NCBI GenBank assembly: GCA_008632985.1
Contig: QPGO01000134.1
Span: 62,001-126,000, forward strand
DNA from: Psammoneis japonica
Lineage: Eukaryota
Length of the DNA: 64,000 nt
Reading direction: 5' to 3'
Each line of letters starts with the position of its first letter. Within the stretch, counting starts at the first letter, position 1. The translations under genes were made by a program, and so were the position numbers. The notes beneath the pieces are model-generated. The model did no database searches. It was not told where the DNA came from and was given only the letters and a program-made list of their open reading frames with translations. Positions 12,929 to 22,737 of the stretch are shown one piece after another.

Positions 12929-14134
12929 ATGCGCTTTATATGCGGAGCTCCTCGATCAACGAAGCGCAAGACTCAGGCAGACGGCGAACTAGTTGTGCGC
13001 ATTCGTGGCATGTCCAGCGCTATTCCAGGCTTTAATGGGGTACCAGGAGCCAGTATCTCTACGGAAACCATTTGCCGGGAACTTCGTGAAAATTACGGTA
13101 TTCATAATCCCAAGAACGGCAAAAAATTAGCTGATGACTGGGCCGTTCGAAACCTAGACATGACGCACATTGCTGTAGGAAGGAAGCCAGAAGGTCTCGA
13201 GGGCCGTATCCCTGCGGAGGAAATGCAGTTCAACGGCGAAATCACGGAGGAAGAGCTCATGTTCCGCAGCTTTGACGAGGCTTTGAAGAAAGCGCAGACC
13301 AAGGTTGAAGACATTGACGTGTTACTCTACGTCTCCTGCACAGTTGATGAAGTTTACTTCAACGAAGCGGGGACTGAATGGTACAAGCGCTACCCGTCTC
13401 TTTCCAAAAGACTTCAAATTATGATTCTGCCTTACGGTTGTCCGGCATTGGTTCATGAACTCAGACTGGCCATGCAGTTGCTTCATTATCCGAAAAACAA
13501 GAACGTGGCCATCGTGATCAGCAACGGCACTTCCAAGTTTGCTGTACAGGAGAGGCAGAGGCAGGCTTTCTGCGAGGGCAACGAGCTTAAGCGGTGGGTG
13601 CATTCATGCATCTTTGGGGACGCAGCCTTTTCCTGTATTGTGTCGACCTCCACCAAAAACCTTCCAAAAACCACCTACAAGCTGGTGGACGTCGACATGG
13701 TATGTGATCCACAAACTACCATTTCATGGCGCTTTTCTATCAACCCCAACGACGGCGGTCCGCCACTGGATATGTTTGAACTGAACCCGGAAGGTACAGT
13801 GTTCATTAAAGATAGTCTTCGCTATTGGCTTGCTTCCTTGGCAAAGCAGGGTTACAAGTTGGATTCTTTCCAGCACGTTGCATTCCATCAGGCCAATCCC
13901 AAAGTTATCAGACTGGTAGCTGAATACTTGAAATGCTCGGATAAAACCTCAGTCGTTGGAGCAAAGTTTGGCAACTTGGCAGCTGCGTCAGTTGGATGTG
14001 CCTTACATCATCGTCTCGAGCTCTCCGAGAAGAGTCCGCAACACGGGGACCTGGTTTTTGGATATGCCTTGGGGTCCATCACGGGTAACTCTCATGGGAT
14101 CTTCATTCTAGAGTGCGACATTCGTGAGGAGTAA
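12929..14134 (+). CDS. 3-oxoacyl-ACP synthase III (FabH/KAS III)-like condensing enzyme, intronless
   Basis: Cys-His-Asn triad motifs 'YGCPA', 'FHQAN', 'FGNLAAAS'; 'IFGDAA'; 'EDIDVLLYVSCT'. Confidence 0.85.
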   Translation: MRFICGAPRSTKRKTQADGELVVRIRGMSSAIPGFNGVPGASISTETICRELRENYGIHNPKNGKKLADDWAVRNLDMTHIAVGRKPEGLEGRIPAEEMQFNGEITEEELMFRSFDEALKKAQTKVEDIDVLLYVSCTVDEVYFNEAGTEWYKRYPSLSKRLQIMILPYGCPALVHELRLAMQLLHYPKNKNVAIVISNGTSKFAVQERQRQAFCEGNELKRWVHSCIFGDAAFSCIVSTSTKNLPKTTYKLVDVDMVCDPQTTISWRFSINPNDGGPPLDMFELNPEGTVFIKDSLRYWLASLAKQGYKLDSFQHVAFHQANPKVIRLVAEYLKCSDKTSVVGAKFGNLAAASVGCALHHRLELSEKSPQHGDLVFGYALGSITGNSHGIFILECDIREE

Positions 14135-17100
14135 AAGCGTTGAAGAGGAAGCCACAGTGTTTGCTTGTTTTTGCATTGGAGTATGATATCTAAATGATTA
14201 TACTAGGAAAATTACGATTTTGTGTGAACTCCACTAGTGTTTCACTCATTGCGCACATTGGCTGGCATGGCTTCGGCGTTGATTCTTGGAGCAGGATGCA
14301 ACCGCTTGGAATTGAGCTTGTGTGAGAGGACACAGATGCGCACCGAGATGCGGTCAGAACACGCAGAGGTCTAAGATCATTGCATTGGGGCCCTGGCCGC
14401 AAATTGGTGTCCTTCGCTCACAACTGACATGGTGCTCTCCTGTTGATCTAAGAGATGCATGGCAACACTGCATTGAATCAAATTGGAGGACAGACAAGTG
14501 AGAAGATCTTGGTGGAGATCTGGCCAGGTCACTCTGGCCATTGATCTGTCTCCTGATGCTTGCAATGTCATTGAGAAGAGAGTGCCAATGATGACCCAGA
14601 GTTCCTTGATGGCAGAATGACTTGCAAAGGGCTGACCACAAAAAGGACAAATGGACAAGGCATTGAAAGAGACTGCAGAGAAATGACCCACATTTGCATG
14701 ATGTTTTTTGAAGCTCTGAATAAAGACTGGGAGTCATGAAAACCATGAAATGCATGACATGTTGAAGCACGCTTCTCTGCATTGGCAGGAAACTCAAAAT
14801 TTGGTTGCTCTGTGCTGCCATTGTTGTTGTTGTTGTAAAGAGCAGATTGGCGTTCACATGTGCTGCATTTTCCGTTCACAGGTGCAACTTGTTGTGTGCA
14901 CCGCTGGCCACAAAATCTGTGTTGTGGTCTTCTTCACCCCCCAACAAGAAGACATTGTAACAATGAACATTTGCCAAAGAAGATGTTCTTCCACATGACC
15001 ATGGAGAAACCAGACATTGCAGTTGAGGGAGCCAGGGAGTCATTGAATGTGTGGCAAAGTCCAAGCAAACATGAGGCTTGTGGCTCAAAATGAACAAATG
15101 GCTTGCAGATGCAGCTGGTGATGCAAAAGTGTTGCCCTTGCTAAAATTGCCAATGCTTTTTGCAGACATTTTTCTTTCTGAGTGGTGGAACACTAAAAAG
15201 CAGTGCATGCACTGACAAAAAGAAAAAGAAGAGTGCTGCATGATGGTGAAGAGAGCACAGTGTGCACTCTCATTTCGGCAATGGCAAAAGCTCATCACTG
15301 CCTCCTTTGCTGCTGCCATGCACTTGGCAGTGTGAACAATGCCTCATTGCAGAACACACTGTGCCACAAAACATGCAGTGAGTTGGTCTGCAATGTGCTT
15401 GTTGTTTGGAGCCAGTTTGCCTGCAGCAGCAGCTGTCCATCACATCAAATGTGGCACCTCTCTTGTTGAACCAACAGGTCAATGTCACCAAAAGGGAATC
15501 CTCTGAGGATTTTTGCACCACTTGTTGCACTGATCCTGGTCTCCATGGTGGTTGTGGTTGGCCCAGAAGTTCTCAACAAACATCAATCTTACAATGCAAT
15601 GGGAACCAACTGACACCACAATGTGGTTCATGCAAAGCAGCAGTTCACTCGAAAGAGTGAGCTGAAAAGAAGGTTGGTGAGATCATCAACAAGTGTGCAT
15701 TTATTTCCAAAGTGTCATCTGATCCACCACACCAGGATCTGAAGCATCTTCTCTTCAAAAGATTTGCTTCTAAGTCTCTCACATTTCCTGCTCATCTGGA
15801 TGCTCTGACACACTCCTGCTGCTCCAATTGATGTTTGGAACACTCGCTCCACACACACTGGAGCAATCCCATCAGGGATCTCCAAAATGAATTTGCTGGG
15901 CCATTGTCATTCACCACAGCACATTGCCAGTTGGCATGTCACCCTTCGTTGGCAAAATCCAACATGTCATTGAAGGCATTTCTTGCAATGTCTCAAATGC
16001 GTTCCACAAACTTGGCAATGTGGGCATGGTGAGTCCACTCCACTTGGTCCTGCAGTTTGTGAGGATCAACCGGTTGGTCCATGATCCAGCAGTTGAGGGC
16101 CACTTCAGGAATTGTCACAAATGGTCCCATCTTTGGACAATGCCGCTTTAAATGGGATCTTGACTTGATGATGTCATGACAAAAAAACAGCACCAACTTC
16201 TGTGCATCAAAGGCAAATCCATTCTTGTCTCAGACTGGTCCACACCAGACCTTCTTGCAATGCTCATCTTCCATCAAACTGAGCTTCATGGGCAGGCTGC
16301 AAACCCCTTTGTTGTCCATGCCACATCTGAGACAGCTGACTCTTGACATGTGTGTCAGTGCACAAATGTCTTGTTTGTCCAGGTCCAGAATGAGTTGCAG
16401 GTTCCCATTCCTGGACCCAGCCTTGCATTGGTCCGGAATCATCTTCTCATGCTTGTTGAGCTCTTTGTAATTTCAGCAACATGTCATGCCCTGGTGCAGT
16501 TTGAGATCAAATGACAAACCAAACATCTGTCATTGCTCACCAATTCCACACAGCCTTGCATCTTCCATGGTGTTTTTGTTGTCATGTGTGGAGAACATCA
16601 GTGCAGTGGCAGACACACACCTCAGCTGACTGTCGGTCCAATGCATCCCGTCAATTTTGTGCAACTGCTTCACAGCAATGTGCCTTTGCTTCCACAATTC
16701 AACCACAGTGGTTTGAGTGTCACAGTGTTTGTGCATGGCACATTTCCGACTGTGTTGTTCCCATCATCACAATTGATCATCAACTGACACAGGTCCACAG
16801 CATCCTCACACTGATGTGGACAGGCTGATGCGCTCATCTTGCTGCTTGCAAACCAATCTGTAAGATCCACTCTGCAAATGTGAAACTTGATGCTGCTCCC
16901 ACAACATGCTCTGTGGGATGACATCTGTCTTGCTGTGTTCCTCAGTCACCAGCAGTCTTGTGGGATCACCCAGCTCATCAAACCATGGCCAACAATCATT
17001 TGGCCACTTCTGTGCAATGGGTGCAAACTTCTCATCATCTGCAATGACAACCACTTCATCCATGATCATTGTTCTGTTGCACAATCAATGTGTGCAGGTC

Positions 17101-17229
17101 TTGAAGCTCTTGTTGCCATGTTCACTCTGAAAGTGGAGCTTTCAGGGATTCACCCACATGCATCAGAAATTCTTGCCTGACGTCACAAAGAACAGGTCTC
17201 ATGCCTGTTGGGCTTGAAGTCAACAACCC

Positions 17230-20200
17230 ATGATGGCTCACTTGAGCTTCTGAAACTTGCTTCTTGCCTTGCAACAGCTTCATCATGAAGTCTCCCAACA
17301 TGTCATGGCCAGGGCAATGCTGTGCTTGCAAGTTGTCCTTTTCAATCTGATTGGCAACAAAGAAATGTGGGATGTTGAGTGCTTGTGACCACTTGCCAGC
17401 ACTCCTGCACCCATTGGTCTCCAACAGGACGGCACTCTTGTTGTCCTGATGCAGGATGTTCTTGTCAATCAGATGCCCCTGGTGCTCCATGAAGAGCTTC
17501 ATCCACAGCATCATGGCCATGGCATCATTGACTCCAACAAGCTCAGCTTCTGTGCTGCTTTGGGTGTTGAGCTTCTGGTGCTTTGAGATGGCCTGCACTG
17601 CTCCATCACCCACAGTCACAACTCCTCTGGTGTGTCTCTTGAAATTGAGGAGTGCTGCAAATGATGCATCCACATGCCACTTGACAACTCGGAGGTCCTT
17701 TGCTCTTGATGCAGCAACTTTGTTTTCTTGTCCGGTTCATGCACTTGAGGCAATGGACCAGCTTCCCCCAATCCTTGTTGGTGGGGGCTCTTGCTCACAT
17801 GCATGATGTGGTGACAGTGGGGTGCACATCCATTTGGCCTCTCTCAGACAGGAACAGTCCCTTGGCCACCCACGTGTGGAAGATCTGAGCCTTCGCGTCC
17901 CACAATCTTGTGCCGCTGGTGTCAAACATCTTCTCTCTGGCTGGTGTCATCACAGAATCTGCACTCTTTGTCTTTTCTGGGAACTGATCAATTGTCTTGA
18001 AAATGCAGCCTGCAATGTCAACCCTCACTTTTCCTTTCTGGCTGAAGTCCAGGGTCATGCTGAGACAATTGTGTCTCTTCCCTCGTGCAATGACAACTTC
18101 TCCATGACTGCCACACACATTGTCAAGCCAGCGCAGGAATTCATCATTCACCTCTGGTTCTTGTGGCTTGACAACAGGTCATCCACATGAAATCAAATCA
18201 TGTGCTGCTTGCCGTGAACTGTGCAGTTGGCAATGCATGGATCACACAGGTTGAACTCAAAGCAACCCTGTCTTCTCCAAGTCTTTGTGGAATTTGCTGG
18301 TGAGAAACATCAAGGCTGCCATGGCCTTGGTCCTTTCAGTTGGAGTCACACACTTGACTGATGATGCTGGTGCACAAAGCACACTCATTCATGCGACTGC
18401 TTCATGTCTTTCTGCAAGTCTTCATGCCCCTTCTGGCCAAAATTCTTTGAGGACTTTGTGGAGCAAACATTGCTGGGCAAAACATGTGCCCTCTCCACTT
18501 TGGAGTTGGTTGCCAATCTTGCACATGAAGTGTGTGATTGTCATTGCTGTCTCCACTTCACACACTTGATGTTGTCTTTTGGATTAGGATGACTCACATC
18601 AGCAGGCAGGTGGTGGCTGCACTTGAGCTTGCACTGCTTTTTCACCATTCTGCCCACTTCTGCCACTCCTGCAAATCAAACTTTCTTCTTTTTATGTTCG
18701 CGCAACTTCATGTTGAAGGATGCTCCACTCCTTGGCATTCTGTCAGGAACATGGCTCTTGCTTCTTCCTCCAGTCAGTTTCCCACCCAACTGTCATCCTC
18801 TTTGGACTCTTTGTTGTCACACTCTTCATTCTCTTTGACTTTTTGCTCTTCATGAGCTTTGTGTTCCTCATGAGCTTTGTGCTGTTGATCAGGACTGGAC
18901 CTTTCATTGGCCAGCATCTCATTTGCTTGTTCTTTGCATTCATCATCTGACCCAGGTTTGTCTTCACAGTCTTTGTTTTCTAACTCAGTTGTGCAGCTTG
19001 CATCATGTTTGCTTTCTTTGCAGTCTTCTTCTTTGTCATCACTTTTGTTGTTGCTGTCACTGTCACTTTTGTCATTGTTCACTCCTGCAGTCCCATCAAC
19101 ATCACATGCTGGATTGTCTCCACATCTCACTGTAAACTTGAGTTCCTTGATGCCCTGTTGCATGGCCTTTTCCTTGACAGCCACAATGCACAGGTTGGCC
19201 AAGTGAGTGGAGGTGCACTTGTGGAGATTCAACAACTTGTTGCTTGTGTGCAAATTCACAGCACAGTGGCCACCCTTGGGTGAGTTGAAATGTGGTTGCA
19301 GGTGGATGCTGTTGACACCATGTGCTTTCACAGTGTTGGTGTTGTCACACTCAATCAGCATTTGATCATCTTGTCAAACACATGCAGTGTCAAAACACTG
19401 CACACTTCTGCTGTGTCAATGCAGAGGGTCACACACCTTCTCTCTGTTCCTCACAGATCTCAGGCAGAACGGAGACAATGTCGTTCCTCTCATGGTGGGA
19501 ATGGCGCACATGCTTGGTCTTGCTTTTGAGTGTGTGTCCATTGGTGGACCCCACATGGCCGCCATTCTGTCAACATCTTCAGGTGTGATGGATGGGTTCT
19601 TCACCTGATTGGATCACAGCGACAGCTTGAAATCCATTGCAATGGCTGTTCCAGCCGTGCAACGCAGTCTCAATGCTTCCGCAGTGCTAGACACTTCTCA
19701 TTTAGTGCAGCCTTTCATGCTCTGTTTCACAGTTGGGACAACAGCTCCTGATGCACTGCTGTGCATCTTGTTGATCTTCTTCATGACCTTCTTGTCCTTG
19801 GACAGCGTGCTCACATGTGACTCATCTTCTTGGAGTTCTTTTGTGTGGTCAAAGAATCACTGGCTTGTTGCAAACATGCACAGTCCAACGTTGTTCACTT
19901 TGAACACCGTGACCTGCTTGCCAGTTCTTTTTTGTCTGATGGATGAAGCTCATCTGCCACTCGGTTGTCACACACAATGCAGTGCTTGCTGCTCTTTGCA
20001 TCCTTGAGACTCAGGATGTTTGGCTGTTGCATTCTGTGATCCAAGCTTCACATCACCCCATCCAGGCATGGTGCAGTCTTCATCTGGGGCATCCACTCAT
20101 GCATTGGTGGATAGATCAATGTCCTGATCCTTGCTGGTCATGCATTGTGCACTGATCTCTGGCTCACTGCCATGCCAAGGGCAGAGCCATTTTGAAGGAT

Positions 20201-22660
20201 GATCTCATTTGACTTGACAAATGTGTTGGCTTGGCTCAAACTTGTCTCTGGCCCTTCTTTGGCCTGTTCATCCAATTGGAGCCCATGCCATGTGATGTGT
20301 CTTCTGCTGGAGCTTGCAGATTGACTTGATCTGTGGGTGTTAATGCTGGCATTGTTGCTGCTTGCAGACAAGGTGTCTTCATTTCTCTGTGTGTGACTCT
20401 GTCCCCTGATGTCCAGTTTCCTGCCAGCGTTCTTGTGCCAGTCCTTCTGCAGAATCTCATCCTCACACCTGCAGTCTGGGGACTTGCAATTTGCTTTGCC
20501 ACAACAATGGCATGCCATCTTGCCACTCTGTGCATGACTTTGGTCTTGTGGATTCTTGGACTTGTCATTGCTCTCATTCTCTTTCTTGTCACTCAGATGT
20601 TTGTCACTCTTCTTGTTCCACCTCTTGTGTGAATGGTCATCTTTTGTTGGATGGTTCAGCAACACATCCATTGCCTTCTCAAGGGTCTTTGGATGTGTGA
20701 ATCCCTCCCTGGGCTGCAATCTCTCACAAGGCTCTCCTTGAGAATCTTGCAGCAGCAGTCATCACTGTTCTCCATGAACAGGTGTGTTGTCCATGTCTTG
20801 AACATGCAGCATCACTCAGCACTTTCTGGTCCACTGCATCAGTGCAGTCCTTGCACTCCATGGCATTCTTGATGAATCCATTTGACATCTTGCTGCCAAG
20901 ATCTTTGCTTGCAGTGTCCCATTGATTGCTGAATCTTGACAGGCCGTCATTCAGTGACTTGTCCTCCAACTGCTTCAATTCCAGCACGTGCCTCACAGAC
21001 TTGACAAGTGCACGGAACAGGTGTCGACCTCGCATGGAGTCGAGTGCAAGCAACTGGATTGGCTTCAGTGGCTTGATTGGGTTGTCACTGATCCCTGCAC
21101 AACTGGGATTGGCTTGCACTGTTTGCTTCATTTGCTTGGAACAGTGATCTTTTAGGATCACTGTGAGTGCAGCACTCTTGTTCTCTTTGAGCTTCTTGAC
21201 TTTGTTGTTGTGGTCATGCCACTTGATCTTGTGCTCACATTCCAGTTGCCTTTCTTCTCTGGCCCTCTCATCTTTCAGGGTCTGGCAGTCTTTGGCTGAG
21301 CTTTCTGGCACTGCGGTTGTTGCCTTTGCCAGTGTTGGTTTCTCACCATCGAACTTCATGCATTTCATGTCTTCCAGGGACCTTGCCATGCACATGCCTC
21401 TGTCATGCTCCTTCTGCACATGGTTGATGATCTTCTCCTTGTCTTCTTTGAATGTCACATTGCATGAGTTGCTGTTGATTGATGATGGGCAAAACTTCAT
21501 TTCTGGCTTGAACCTCTTCTTGGGGTCAGTCTTCTTGTTCTTGTCACAGCAAGACTGACAGAAATTGAAGGCAAATGGCAAGAATTCAAACAACAACTCC
21601 TTGCTGCTGTCTAAACAGCAGATGAGTCTCCGCTCAGAGACCGTCACAGGAGCCGAAAGACGTGCAAGTTGGTGCAATTGGGCCACTGTTGTTGTTCTTG
21701 TGAGCCGAGTGGCTCAAAAGCAAACTACATCGCATGCACACGCGCGGAACTGAAGAGCACAAAACTGTGCGTGGCAAACTAAACAGCGCGTGACATGTCG
21801 CGCGCACCTGAATCCTGTTCAAATCCTGTCACTCCCCAGTTTGCTTGAGGAGTCACAGAAACAGATTCGACTTCGGGTTGACTAAAGAACTTTGGAGTCA
21901 AAGCACCAAAACATGAGGAGACAAGAAAGGATCAAGATCCGAGAGCAATGTTGCATTCTCCAAGTGGGTCATCTTGAGATGAGCTGCGTCTCCCCAATTG
22001 CAGATGCCGTTGTGCTTTTCAAAGCTCAAGGCACACTTGGGATCTTGTGGGATTGCACATCCGCACTTGCAATGGAAGGAGCAAAGCTTGGTCTGGTTGA
22101 CAATGTTGAATGGCGGGGCAACATTGCAGGACAATGCAAACAAGTTGACATCGCCTTCACTTCCTGAGCAAAGGTCGTAAAGACTGATGGCCGTCTGTTG
22201 GTTCTTGGAACGGTTGCCACACTGGGCTGCTGCTGGAAAAACAGAGCAGTGCTCGTGCAGGGTGGCATGGCATTTGCACGACTCGGGGAACAGAGCAAGC
22301 ATGAGTTCAAAGGCACAAGCGGTGGCAAGAATTCAAACAATGACTCCTCACTGCTGTCTAAATGGCAGATGAGTCTCCGCTCAGAGACCGTCACAGCCGA
22401 AAGACGTGTGAGTCGGTGTGATCGGGCTGCTGTTGTCATTCTTGTGAGCCGAGTGGCTCGAAAGCAAACTACATCGCGCGCGCATGCGCGGAACTAAAGA
22501 GCACAAAACTGTGCGCGGTAAACTAAACAGCGCGTGACATGTCGCGCCCACCCAAATCCTGTTCAAATCCTGTCAAAGACTTCCTGCCTCTGCCGCCCCT
22601 GCCTTGGGCACATCCTCAGCTTTTAGCAGCACTCATTCTTCCTCCTCCTCTGCCACTCAT
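17230..22660 (-). mobile_element. Degenerate Ty1/Copia (CoDi-like) retrotransposon: gag, Zn knuckle, protease, partial integrase, RT, RNase H
   Basis: RNase H 'DASFA...QKLNTQSSTEAELVG...QDNKSA...DMLGDFMMKLLQG' (17122-17673 ORF); RT 'FEFNLCDPC..FHVDDL' near 18170-18265; knuckle 'CHCCGKANCKSPDC'; gag starts MSGRGGGR at 22660; many stops and frameshifts; its own LTRs not identified. Confidence 0.9.
21556..22575 (-). mobile_element. Short (1020 bp) non-autonomous LTR element nested in the Copia gag, TSD AAGAC
   Basis: TGACAG...CTGTCA termini; AAGAC at 21551-21555 and 22576-22580; full LTR at 21556-21831 with the PPT (ctccccag on +) beside it; second LTR 22323-22575 truncated. Confidence 0.9.
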
Positions 22661-22737
22661 GGCTCAGGTTTCCTGTTTCAGATGATTGAATGGAGGCCAG
22701 TGCTGCATGCACCAAATGCAGTGCCTGTGACTCTTTG

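Noticed and set aside
4900..21500. Dozens of overlapping 60-230 aa Cys/His-rich ORFs
   Set aside because: They are a by-product of TAA/TAG loss; only fragments with recognisable motifs were kept, as relics.
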